A program made the translations under genes and the position numbers. From the human T2T-CHM13v2.0 reference genome, Homo sapiens, in NCBI RefSeq assembly GCF_009914755.1, contig NC_060925.1: 64,000 nt of DNA. The stretch is one strand, 5' to 3'. Shown piece after piece: positions 15,681 through 36,007 of this stretch; position 1 is the first letter of the stretch, and the number at the start of each line of letters is the position of its first letter. The notes under the pieces were generated by a model that searched no databases, was not told where the DNA came from, and saw only the letters and a program-made list of their open reading frames with translations.

Positions 15681-16182
15681 GGAATACTACTTCATGCCTT
15701 CCCTCCACCCCCAGCTACTTATAGCTCCTTTTTCCCTAACCCTTAGGTTTTCATCAAATTTCTGACTATAATGAGAAATTAGAAGCTTTCAGATGTGAAC
15801 TCCTTCATCTTCCTGCCACTAAATCTGAAAACATTAATACATTTTCTTCCCCCTGTTAACAATAGAGTATGTATTCCTTTTCTACTAAATGCCAATCTTT
15901 CCATTATCTTCTGGATCTCATCCCTTCTTATCCTCTCAAGGATTGCACTTATTTGATGATTTGCATCCTCTCCAGCATTATCAACCTCCCTTTCTCTGCT
16001 GGGTCATCCCTATACTATACAAGAACACCCTGACATCTCCAAATATCAAAAACCCCTTTATTGACCTCACTTCTCTATCCAGGTACTGTTACATTTCTCT
16101 GTCCCATTTCATACCCAACTGGCATGAACTCATCTCACACACCTTCTCTACTACCTTCTCTCCCATTTAATTAAACACTCAC

Positions 16183-16553
16183 TTGCAGCCATAAAAAAGA
16201 ATGAGATCATGTCCTTTGCAGGGACATGGATGGAGCTGGAGGCTGTTATCCTTAGCAAACTTACACAGGTACAGAAAACTAAATACCACATGTCCTCACT
16301 TACAAGTGGGAGCTAAATCATGAGAACACATGGACACATAGAGAGGAACAACCCATATTGGGGCCTTTTGGAGGACGGAGGTTGGGAGGAAGAAGAGGAT
16401 CAGGAAAAAAAACTAAAGGGGACTAGGCTTAATACCTGTGTAATGAAATAATCTGTATAACAAACCCCCATGACACAAGTTTACCTATGTAACAAACCTG
16501 CACCTATACCCATGGACTTAAAAAAAAGTTAAAACAAAACAAACAAAAAAATA
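16183..16553 (+). mobile_element. 5'-truncated L1 3' end (L1PA13-15-like) with A-rich tail
   Basis: gcagccataaaaaagaatgagatcatgtcc...acaaacccccatgacacaagtttacc. Confidence 0.9.
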
Positions 16554-16554
16554 A

Positions 16555-16850
16555 ATGATATCTCATTTGGAGTTTGATTTTTATTTCACTAATGATTATT
16601 TCTGTTGAGCTGCTTTTCATGTGCTTATTGGCCATTTTACATCTTCTTTAGGGAAATGTCTATTCAAGTTTTTTGCCCATTTTTAAATCAAGTGTTTGTT
16701 TTTTTGTTGAATTGTTCTTTGTATATTCTGGATATTAATCCCTTAACAAAGATGTGATTTGCAAGTATTTTATCCCATTCTGTGGGTTGCCTTTTGACTT
16801 GGTTGATAGTATCCTTTACTGTGCAAAACTTAAAAAATTTTTTTGCATAA
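16555..16850 (-). mobile_element. Older L1 ORF2 internal fragment, antisense (candidate transduced flank)
   Basis: tatctcatttggagtttgatt...gtatattctggatattaatccc L1M-like sequence lacking its own 3' end. Confidence 0.75.
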
Positions 16851-18629
16851 AGTCCAAAAAAACCCTAAACACTCACCATACTTCTTCCAATAAACCTCTG
16901 TCAAGGTTGTACTTGTTTTTGACCCCATCACACCTGACCTCTTAGTGCACTAAAATCATTTTTGAAAACTCTCCCCTCTTGGACCTGGTGACCCTGATCC
17001 TCTTTCCTCTCTTTCTCTAACCTTCCTTGTTCTCTGCTTTATTTGATGGTTCTTCCTGCTCTACCTGATCTCTAAAAGCCAGTGTGTTTTAGTACTTGCC
17101 TTAAGCCTCCTCCTAATCTTTCTCTAAATTCTTTTCTTAAGTAATTTTATCCAATTCCATGAATTTAAAAGACATCTCTATGCTGATACTGCCCAAATTG
17201 TCCTCTTCAGCTTGGAACTTTATTTAAAACTACAGAATTGCCCGTTGCTTACCTTCTTGATGGACTCACACGCTTCTCAAATTTAGCATATCAAAATGGG
17301 ACACTTGACTTTTTTCTCATCCACCCTACTGATCTAAGCTTTTCCATCTCATTTAGCACCACCCTCCACCCAGTTACTCAGTCCAAAACCTGGAAGTTAT
17401 TCTTGGTTCTTCCCATTCTTTCTCTCTCGAAAATGCATCTTGAAACTATCTCCTTTCTATTTGTACTGCCACCTGTTAGTCCAGGGGACCATCATTTCTC
17501 CTCTGGACTCACGCAACAGCCTCTTAATGGAACTCCAAATTTCCTGCCTTTCTACAATTCAATCATTAAAAAAATTAAACAGTATCTTGACACTCATTTC
17601 CAGATATTCTAAGAATTACTGTATTTTCAATCTATGTTCTATTTATCTACTACTGTTCATTTTTACAGTTCTAACTTTTTAATCCCAGAAATAAGACATA
17701 ATATTATTATATTATTTAGACAGTGTCAGTTTGAATTTTTTTTACCTGCTTTCCATTTTCTTTGCTCTCTATACTTTTTTTGTATTTCAGATCATCCTTC
17801 TGTTTCTTCCCCATTTTTCCAAAGTATATCTTAAAAATATTTTTTATTAATTACAGGAACTGCATTTCATTTCAGAAGTATGTCTTTTAGAGCAGTTTCT
17901 TGGCAGTAAACTCAGTTTCTGTTTAATCTGTAAATGTTATTATTTTACCCTCTTAAAAAGATCATTTTGCTGGGTATGTAATTTTGTATTATTTTCTCTC
18001 AATGCATTTAAGTTGTAACTCTGCTGTTTTCTAGTCTCTGTTGTTGCTAGGGAGAAGATAGCTGTCATTCTAATGGCCATTCCTTTGTAAGTAATTTCTC
18101 CTCTTATCAAGCTCCTTTCAAAATCTTCTCTTCATCTTTTGTGTCATCCAGCTTTCTACTGTACTAGGTGTGGATTTCTTTTTATTTATCATATCTGGAA
18201 TGTTTTACTTCCTGCAGTTTGGGATCTATATTTCTTACTAGCACTATAAAACTTGTGAAATCACCATTAAATTAAATATTGTCTCTCCTCCATTCTCTGT
18301 TTTTTTCCTCCTGGGATTCTAATCATACATGTATATCAGGCTATCTCATTCTATTTTCAATGCCTCTTAACTTCTCTTTTATATTTTCTTCTTCATTTCC
18401 CTTGGCTACCTTCTGCCAAGTCTTTGGATATATCTTCTAGCTAATGAATTATCTCCTAAATTGAGTCTAAAACTATTGTTTAGCCAGTCCATCAAGTTTT
18501 TTTATTTTCATATTTTTCACTACTAATAGTTCCATTTCCTCTAAAACTTGTTTCTTTTCTAATGGTTTCTTGTTGAATGTTTATCTTTGTAATTGAATCA
18601 TTTATTTCTTTTTTTTCAATTCATATACA

Positions 18630-18726
18630 TTTTTTATTTTTGTAAAGATGGGGTCTTGCTATGTTGCCCAGGCTGGTCTTGAACTCCTGGGCTCAAGTGA
18701 TGCTTCTGCCCTGGCCTACCAAAGTG
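18630..18726 (-). mobile_element. FLAM/AluJ left-arm fragment
   Basis: gatggggtcttgctatgttgcccaggctggtcttgaactcctgggctcaag; own TSD tcatata(c/a)atttt at 18621 and 18727. Confidence 0.85.
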
Positions 18727-18735
18727 TCATATAAA

Positions 18736-19311
18736 TTTTATTTTATTTTATTTTATTTTATTTTTATTATTATACTTTAAGTTCTAGGGTACATGTGCAC
18801 AATGTGCAGGTTTGTTACATATGTATACATGTGCCATGTTTGTGTGCTGCACCCATTAACTTGTCATTTACATTAGGTATATCTCCTAATGCTATCCCTC
18901 CCCCCTCCCCTCACCCAACAACAGGCCCCGGTGTGTGATGTCCCCCTTCCTGTGTCCAAGCGTTCTCTTTGTTCAATTCCCACCTATGAGTGAGATCATG
19001 CTGTGTTTGGTTTTTTGTCCTTGCGATAGTTTGCTGAGAATGATGGTTTCTGGCTTTATCCATGTCCCTACAAAGGACATGAACTCATCATTTTTTATGG
19101 CTGCACAGTATTCCATGGTGTATATGTGCCACATTTTCTTAATCCAGTCTATCATTGTTGGACATTTGGGTTGGTTCCAGGTCTTTGCTATTGTGAATAG
19201 TGCCACAATAAACATACGTGTGTGTGTATCTTTATAGCAGCATGATTTATAATCCTTTGGGTATATACACAGTAATGAGATGGCTGGGTCAAATGGTAAA
19301 ATACCATTTGA
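18736..19311 (-). mobile_element. 5'-truncated L1PA4/5-like element with micro-inverted 5' end
   Basis: ORF2 C-terminus (…FSLIGGN-type end, here ISLIGGN), 3'UTR and (TTTTA)n tail; outer TSD at 18593-18611 and 19308-19326. Confidence 0.92.
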
Positions 19312-19479
19312 ATCATTTATTTCTTTAAACACATTATACATAGATTTAAAAAAATATTCTGCATGTAACTGTCTCACATCCTTGGGATCCTTAGGGTTCA
19401 AAATCTATTGCTTCATGTTTCAGCTGATTTTCACTCACAGTGGTTTCTCTTGTATTTACTTTTCTATTGTGGTTTTATA

Positions 19480-20060
19480 TATATAAATTAACATTTTAAC
19501 AGTTTTAAGTGTACAATTTAGTACATTAAGTATATTCACTGTTGTGCAATTATTACTGCTATCAACCTCCAGAACATTTGCATCATCCTGTGCTGAAACT
19601 CTGTACCTATTAAATAATAACTCCCAATTTTTCCCTCTCAAAGTAGTATCTGGTAACCACCATCCTACTCTCTGTCTTTAAATTTGACCATTATAGGTAC
19701 TTTCATATGAGTGTAGTCATAGTCATATAATATTTGTCCTTTTGTTCCTGGTTTCCTTCAGTGGAACATAATGGTTTCAGAGTTCATCTATTTTGTAGCA
19801 TGTGTCAGAATTTCACTTCTTTTTAAGGCGGAATAATTTGAAATTGTATGTATATACTGCATTTTTTTCATCCATTCATTCATCGATGGACATTTGGGTT
19901 GCTTCCACATTTTGGCTATTGTGAAAAACGCTGCTATGGAGATTGGTATACAAATATCTGTTTGAGTCCCTGCTTTCAATTATTTTGTATTTAATTATAT
20001 AGCTAGAAGTGGAATTGCTAGTCATATGGTAATCTTGTGTTTAGTTTTTTGAGGAACATA
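19480..20060 (-). mobile_element. L1MB/MA-type 3' end
   Basis: ttttaagtgtacaatt...gatggacatttgggttgcttccac; ORF 19788-19979 resembles the ORF2 C-terminus. Confidence 0.8.
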
Positions 20061-21512
20061 CGTGTAAAAAGGTGAACTCACTTCTTGATCTCAGTTTGTG
20101 AGAGTCTTCAGACCTAATGTGGGGAAGCTCCCTTCAGAGATTATTTGCTTTGGTTTTGCTTCAGCCAATGGGGAAGAGTTGTCCTGAGACAAAACCACAT
20201 AAGCCACCTAAAGAGTTCTGGCTCAGAGCAAGAGTCCCAGGCTCAGCCTTTTCACCTACCTATTCTTTCAAATTTAAAAATCTCCTCAGTAGCCTGGAAA
20301 TAAGCTAGGAAAACCTTACTTTTCTCACTGTCTGACAGTCCTTACTGCCCAACATTGCCTGTCCCCACTGTAAGTCCTCAGTACTTCAGGCCCCCAAAAG
20401 TCCTTTCAGCTATTTGTTTGTTTTTCAGTGGTGGGGAGGTAGTATCATTCTTGGAGAACTCTTCTTTCTTCTTTGAGATCATTGATGACTTAAACAATGT
20501 GTTCTCCTATTTCTGGTCTAGCTGTTGCAAGAAGGAATTCAGAGCTCCTTGTCCATCATTTTTCTTCAGTCATTATTTGCATGATGCTACAAGAGATTGG
20601 CTTGTGATTCTCCTTATCCACAGACCTTCAGTAGCTTCCCACACACTTGTTACCATTGCTTACAGGTCCCTGTGGGATTTTCTTGCCTGTCTCTCCAACT
20701 ATATTGCCCATCACTATTCTTCTTTATTTCTACCTCCAGGCACACTGGTCTTTTTTGTTTGTATAACCTCCAAGCTCTTCCCTCCCTGGGTCTTTGCAGA
20801 TTATATTCCTTTTGTTAGAAGAGCCTCTCCCATGTTCTTCACATGGTCCTTTCCTTCTCAGTTTACACGATACTGCTACAGAAAGGCCTTCTCGCATTGT
20901 CGTATCTAACTTACGATTTCATTCGATACTCTCCATCCCAGCCTCTTGCTACTGGGTAACTTTTGTTACATATACATTTTAAACTACTCCAGTTAAATTC
21001 ACAGGGTTTTTTTCTTTTATGACCCATGCTTTTGTGTATTATTTAAGAAATCTTTTCTTATCCCAATATCATAAAGATTTATACATGTTTCCTTCCAAAA
21101 TTTTAAAAGTTTTGCCTTAAAACTTTAATCTTTCTGTACTTTTATATGTGTATGATATAAGGTATAATTCTGACTTGATATTTTTTTCCCATGGAAAGGT
21201 ATTTGTTCCATCAATATTTGTGAATTGCCCATCCTTTTACACTGGTTTGTAATATCTTCTCTGTCATATTCTATGTTTCCACAAATGCATGCATCTATTA
21301 TGGCCCTCAGTTTTGTCTCATTGATCTATTTTTAAATTTGTATGTTAACACCATTCTGTCTTTATCAATTCGGATTGTACTCAGTTACATAGAAGCTTAT
21401 TGAAACATCTTAATAAAATAAGAGCTTATTTTCCTTTTGTGACAAGAAATACAGAAGTAGGTAGCCTATGACTAGTGCAGCAGCTTGAGGAAATCTTAAG
21501 AATCCAAGATCA

Positions 21513-24316
<2,804 letters not shown>

Positions 24317-24339
24317 AAGAATCCAAGATCATTCCTTCC

Positions 24340-24700
24340 GCTCTATCAGTCTTACGTATTTTTCTTTCTCATGGTCACTAGATGGCTGTTGCACTTTTAT
24401 GTTCAGCATTTTCATTCTATTGAGGAAAAAAGGATATAGGCAAAGAAAAAACGGCAAATGTCCTCAAGTCTGTCCTTTGCTTTTCAGAGAAATAACAGCT
24501 TTTTTTTTTCTTTTTAAAAACTCAGTTAACGTATCTCTCTGGTTAGACCTGAGTCATATGGACCCCCATCTGCAAGAGAGTCTGAAAAGTGAGTCATTTT
24601 AACTGTTTACATTGCTAAAATAAAATTAGTTTTATTGGAGATTCATAGGGGAGAATGGATTTTGGGTAGGCAACCTTCATGCCTGCCTCATTATCTTTCA
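24340..24700. mobile_element. MLT1-type LTR remnant (left part at ~21380-21500), split by the L1PA
   Basis: atggtcactagatggctg...gagtcatatggaccccc...attttgggtaggcaacc. Confidence 0.5.
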
Positions 24701-24895
24701 TTTTTATTGTGGAATAATAAGTCAACTGATATAGTACATTCCTTTCTTATTTTTCTTCTTCAAAAGTGTTCTGGTTATTCTTGGCGTTTTACTCCTCTGT
24801 ATACATATTTGCATCAACTTATAAAGTTTTGCCAAAAACTTTGTTAGGATTTTGATTGTGACTGCACTGACTGCATAGATTAATTTTGGAAACAG

Positions 24896-28533
<3,638 letters not shown>

Positions 28534-28819
28534 TTATTGAAGTCTGTCTTCTTTATGTCATCAAGTTAGGCTTTATAATTACATACAAAATACCTTGCTC
28601 AGGCTTTACTCCTAAGTGTCATATAATTTAAAAATTAATTTTCTCTAATAAATTATTGCTAATATAGGGCTGCTTTTTGTTTTGTTTTTTAAAAATATAG
28701 AAGTCTTGCTAAACTCTTTTCATTATTCTCTGTTGTTGTTTGGGCTTTATATGTAGATAAGCATATGAGAATCATATCATCCATAAGTAATGAAAATTTC
28801 ATTTCTTACTTTCCGAATC

Positions 28820-29837
<1,018 letters not shown>

Positions 29838-29920
29838 TTAAATATTTCACAACTTAGTGTCATATTTGCTATGTTATAAATTTTGGTATATATCCTCTAT
29901 CCTGCTAAAACATACAGTGT

Positions 29921-30245
29921 GGCCAGTGCAGTGGCTCATGCCTGTAATCCTAGCACTTTGTGAGGCTGAGGCAGGTGGATCACATGGGGCCAGGAGTTCA
30001 AGACCAGCCTGGCCAAGATGGTGAAACCCCATCTCTACTAAAAATACAAAAATTAGCTGGGCATGGTGGCATGCACCTGTAGTCTCAGCTACTTGGGAGG
30101 CTGAGGTAGAAGAATCCCCTGAACCCAGGAAGCAGAGGTTGCAGTGATCCAAGATCGTGCCACTGCACTCTAGGCAGCAGAGAGAGAGAGAGACTCCATC
30201 TCAAAACAAAACAAAACAAAACAAAACAAAACAAAACAAAACAAA
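29921..30245 (+). mobile_element. Alu (S/J type) with (GA)n and (CAAAA)n
   Basis: Full dimer. Confidence 0.92.
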
Positions 30246-31059
30246 ACCATATACCATGCCTTTTTATTTTTAATTACTAATTTGCTGTTTTTTTAAATTG
30301 AGAAATATATGAATTTTGTCAAATGTTTTTCCGTTTCAACTGAAAGTATTATATGGATATTGTCTTACTCAATTTTATTTTCTATCTTACTCCATTTTAT
30401 GTTGCTATAACAGAATATCACAGACTGGGCAATTTATAGTGAACAGAAATTTATTTGGCTCACAGTTCTGGGGGCTGAGAAGTCCAAGAGCATAGCACCA
30501 GCATCTGCTGCTGCATCATCCCATGGTGGAGGAACAGTCAAGAGGGCATGAGAGCAAGAGAGCACGAGGTGGCCAAACTTGCTTTTATAACAAGCCCACA
30601 CCCCTGATAACCAACCCACTCATGTGATACTAACACTAATCCATTCATGAGGGCACTCATGACCTAACTGCCTCTTTTTAAAATTAATTTTATTTATTTT
30701 TATTTCTTATTTCCATAGGTTTTTGAGGAACAGGTAGTGTTTGGTTACATGAATAAGCTTTTTAGTGGTGATTTCTGAGATTTTGGTGCATGCAACCAGT
30801 ATACACTACCCAATTTGTAGTCTTTTATCTCTCAACCCCTCCCATCCTTTCCCTCAAGGCCCCAAAGTCTATTTTATCATTCTTATGCCTTTGCATCCTT
30901 ATAGCTCATCTCCCACTTATGAGTGAGAACATATGATATTTGGTTTTCCATTCCTGAGTTACTTCACTTAGAATAATGGTCTCCAATTCCATCCAGGTTG
31001 CTGTGGATGCCATTATTTTGTTCCTTTTTATGGCTGAGTAGTATTTGATGGGAGATATT

Positions 31060-31070
31060 TATATATATAT

Positions 31071-31101
<31 letters not shown>
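31060..31101. repeat. (TA)n microsatellite within the L1
   Basis: Directly visible. Confidence 0.9.
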
Positions 31102-31104
<3 letters not shown>

Positions 31105-34100
31105 ACAATTGTTGACTGAAGGGCATTTGGGCTGGTTCCATAGCTTTGTTATTGTGAATTGTGCTACTATAAACATATGTGTGCAAGACTTTTTTGTATA
31201 ATAACTTCTTCTGGGTAGATACCCAGTTGTGGGATTGCTAGATCAAATAGTAGTTCTACTTTTAATTCTTCAAGGACTCTTCACACTGTTTTCTATAGCG
31301 ATCGTACTACATTCCCACCAGCAGTGTAAAAGTGTTTCATTTTCACCACTTCACTGCAAACATCTATTATCTTTTGATTTTTTGATTATGGCCATTCTTG
31401 CAGAAGTAAGGTGGTATTGCATTGTTGTTTTGATTTGCATTTCCCTGATCATTAGTGACATTGAGCACTTTTTCATATATTTGTTGGCCATTTGTATGTC
31501 TTCTTTTGAGAATTGTCTGTTCATGTCCTTAGCCCACTTTTTGAAGGGATTTTTTTTTCTTGATAATTTGTTTGAGTTCTTTGTAGATTCTGGATATTTG
31601 TCCTTTGTCAGATGTATAGATTGCAAAGATTTTCTCCCACTCTGTGGGTTGTCTGTTTACTCTGCTGATTGTTTCTTTTGCTGTGCAGCAGCTTTTTAGT
31701 TTAATTAAGTCCCATCTATTTATCTTTGTTTTTGTTGCATTTGCTTTGGGTTCTTGGTCATGAAGTCTTTGCCTAAGCCAATGTCTGGAATGGTTTTTCT
31801 GATGCTGTCTTCTAGTTTTCATGGTTTTTGGTCTTAGATTTAAGTTCTTGATCCATCTTGAGTTGATTTTTGAATAAGGTGAGAGATGAGGATCCAGCTT
31901 CATTCTTCTACACGTGGCTTGCCAATTATCCCAGTAACATTTCTTGAATAGAGTGTCCTTTCCCCACTTTATGTTTTTGTTTGCTTTGTTGAAGATCAGT
32001 TGGCTGTAAGTATTTGGCTTTAATTCTGGGTTCTCTATTCTGTTCCTATGTGCCCATTTTTATACCAGTACTGTGCTGTTTTGGTGACTATAGCCTTATA
32101 ATATAGTTTGAAGTTGGGTAATGTGATGCCTCCAGATCTGCTCTTTTTGCTTAGTTTTCCTTTGGCTATGTGGGATCTTTTTTGGTTTCATATGAATCTT
32201 ATGATTGTTTTCTTCTAGTTCTGTGAAGGATGATGATGGCATTTTGATGGAAATTGCATTAAACTTGTAGATTGCTTTTGGCAGTATGGTCTTTTTCACA
32301 ATATTGATTCTTCCCATCCATGAGCATGGGATGTGTTTCCATTTATTTGTGTCATCTATGATTTCTTTTGGCAGTGTTTGGTAGTTTTCCTTGTAGAGGT
32401 CTTTCACATCCTTGGTTAGGTATATTTCTAAATCTTTTATTTTTTATTTTGCAGCTATTGTAAAAGGAGTTGAGTTCTTGATTTGATTCTCAGCTTGGTC
32501 GCTGTTGGTGTATAGCAGAGCTACTGATTTGCGTACGTTAATTTTGTATCCTGAAACTTTGCTGAATTCATTTATCAGTTCTAGGAACTTTTTGGAGGAG
32601 TCTTTAGGGTTTTCTAGGTATATGATCATATCAGCAAGCAGCAACAGTTTGACTTCCTTTTTACTGATTTGGATGCCCTTTATTTCTTTCATTTGTCTCA
32701 TTGCTCTGGCTATAACTTCCAGTACTATGTTGAATAGAAGTGGTGAGAGTGGGCATCCTTGTCTGTTCCAGTTCCTAGGGGGAATGCTTTCAACTTTTCC
32801 CCATTCAGTATCATATTGTCTGTGGGTTTGTCATAGATGGCTTTATCACATTAAGGTATGTCCCTTCTATGCTGATTTTGCTAAGGGGTTTAATCATAAA
32901 GGGATGCTGGATTTTTGTCAAATGCTTTTTCTGCATCTATTGAGATGATCGTGTGATTTTTGTTTTTAACTCTAATGTATTTAACATTTAACAATAAATG
33001 TATCACATTTATTGGCTTGTGTATGTGAAACCACCCCTGAATCCCTGGTATGAAACCCACTGGATCATGGTGGATTATCTTTTTGATATGCTGTTGGATT
33101 CAGTTAGCTAATATTTTGTTAAGGGTTTTTGCATCTATTTTCATCAGGGCTATTGATCTGTAGTTTTCTTTTTTTGTTATGTTCTTTCCTGGTTTTGGTA
33201 ATAGGGTGATACTGCCATCATAGAATGATTTAGGGAGGATTCCCTCCTTCTCTATCTTGTGGAATAATGTCAATAAGATTGGTACCAGTTCTTCTTTGAA
33301 TATTTGATAGAATTTAGCTGTGAATCCATCTGGTCCTGGACTTTTTTTATTGGAAATTTTTAAATTACCATTTCAATCTTGTGTGTTATTGGCCTGTTCA
33401 GAGTTTCTATTTCTTCCTGGTTTAAACTAGGAGGGTTGTATATTTCCAGAAATTTATCCATCTCCTTTAGGTTTTCTAGTTTATGCACATAAAGATGTTC
33501 ATAGTAGTTTTGAATGATCTTTTATATTTCTGTGGTATCAGTTGTAACATTTCCTGTTTCATTTTTAATTGATCTAATTTGGATCTTCTCTCTTCTTTTC
33601 TTGGTTAATCTTGCTAATGGTCTATCAATTTTATTTATCTTTTTGAAGAACCAGCTTTTTGTTTATCTTTTGTATTTTTTTTGTTTCAATTTCATTTAGT
33701 TCTGCTGGGATCTTTGTTATTTCTTTTCTTCTGCTGGGTTTGGGTTTGGTTTGTTCTTGTTCTCTAGTTCCTTGAGGTGGAATCTAAGGAATCTAGTTCC
33801 TTAGATTATCTGTTTATGCTGGTTTAGACTTTTTGATGAAGACATTTAAGGCTATGAACTTTCCTCTTAGCACTGCCTTTGTTGTATTCCAGAGGTTTTG
33901 ATAGGTTGTGTCACTATTATCATTCAATTCAAAGAATTTTAAAATTTCCATTTTGATTTCATTGTTGACCCAATGATTATTCAGGAGCAATGTTATTTAA
34001 TTTCCATGTATTTGCATGGTTTTGAGGGTTCCTTTTGGAGTTGATTTCCAATTTTATTCCACTGTGGTCTGAGAGAGAACTTGATATAATTTCAAGTTTA

Positions 34101-35470
34101 TTAAATTTATTGAGACTTCTTTAGTGGCCTGTCATTTGGTCTTTCTTGGAGAATGTTCCTTGTACTGATGAATATAATGTATATTCTGCAGTTGTTGGGT
34201 AGAATGTTCTGTATATATCTGTTAAGTCCATTTGTTCTAGGGTATAGTTTAAGTACATTGTTTCTTTGTTGACATTCTGTCTTGATGACTTGTCTAGTGC
34301 TGTCAGTGGAGTATTGAAGTCCTCCACTATTATTGTGTTGCTGTCTCTCATCTCTTAAGTCTAGCAGTAATCGTTTTATAAATTTGGTAGCTCCAGTGTT
34401 AGGTGCATATATATTTAGGATTGTGACATTTTCCTGTTGGACAAGTCTTTTTATCATTATATAATGTCCCTCTTTGTCTTTTTAAAAAACTGCTGTTGCT
34501 TTAAAGTTTGTTTTGTCTGATATAAGAATAGCTACTCCTGCTCACTTTTGGACTCCATTTCCATGGAATATCTTTTTCCACACCTTTACCTTATGTTCAT
34601 GTGAGTCCTAATGTGTTAGGCAAGTCTCCTGACAGCAGATTCTTGGTTGGTGAATTCTTATCCATTCTGCCATTCTATCTCTTTTAAGTGGACCATTTAG
34701 GTGCACTTAATTAGGCACAGAGTTCTGTGATGAGAGCTGTTTTCAGGTCTCTCAGCTGAGGATAGCAGCACCTGCACTGGTGGAGGTGGTAGGGGAGTGA
34801 AATGAACTCTGTGAGAGTCCTTAGTTATAGTTTTGTTTATTTCCATTCAATGTTAGTATTGAGATGTGAGGTACTATTCTATTCATCATGCTATTTGTTG
34901 CCTGAATATCTTGTTGTTGTTGTTGTTTTATTGTGTTTTTGTTTTATAGGTTCTGTGAGATTTATGCTTTAAGGAAGTTCTATTTTGGTGTATTCTGATA
35001 ATTTCTTTCAACATTAAGAGTTCCTTTCAGCAGTTCTTGTAGTGCTGGCTTGGTAGTGGCAAATTCTCTCAGCATTTTTCTGAAAAAGACTGTCTTTGCT
35101 TCATTTATGAAGCTTAGTTTTGCTGGATACAAATTCCTGGCTAATAATTGTTTTGTTTAAGGAGGCTGAAGATAGGGCCCCTATCCCTTCTAGCTTGTAG
35201 GGTTTTTGCTGAAAAATCTGCTGTTAATCTGATAGGTTTTCCCTTGCAGGTTACCTGGTACTTTTGCCTCATAGCTCTTAAGATTCTTTCATTTGTCTTG
35301 ACTTTAGATAACCTGATGACTCTATGCCCAGGCAATGATCTTATTGCAATAAATTTCCCAGGTGCTGTTTGAGGTTCTTGTATTTGGAAATCTAGATCTC
35401 TAGCAAGGCTGGGTGGGGAAGTTTTCCTTGGTTATTCCCTCAAATATGTTTTCAAACTTTTAGATTTCTA

Positions 35471-36007
<537 letters not shown>

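Larger units (their letters stand above)
15740..17540 (+). mobile_element. L2 remnant interrupted by the 16183-16865 insertion
   Basis: Pyrimidine-rich L2 ORF2-like sequence that continues on both sides of the TSD taaacactcac. Confidence 0.6.
17560..20350 (-). mobile_element. Ancient L1M remnant (ORF1/5' region) with nested younger insertions
   Basis: Degenerate T-rich L1 antisense sequence, e.g. gagaagatagctgtcattctaat. Confidence 0.55.
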
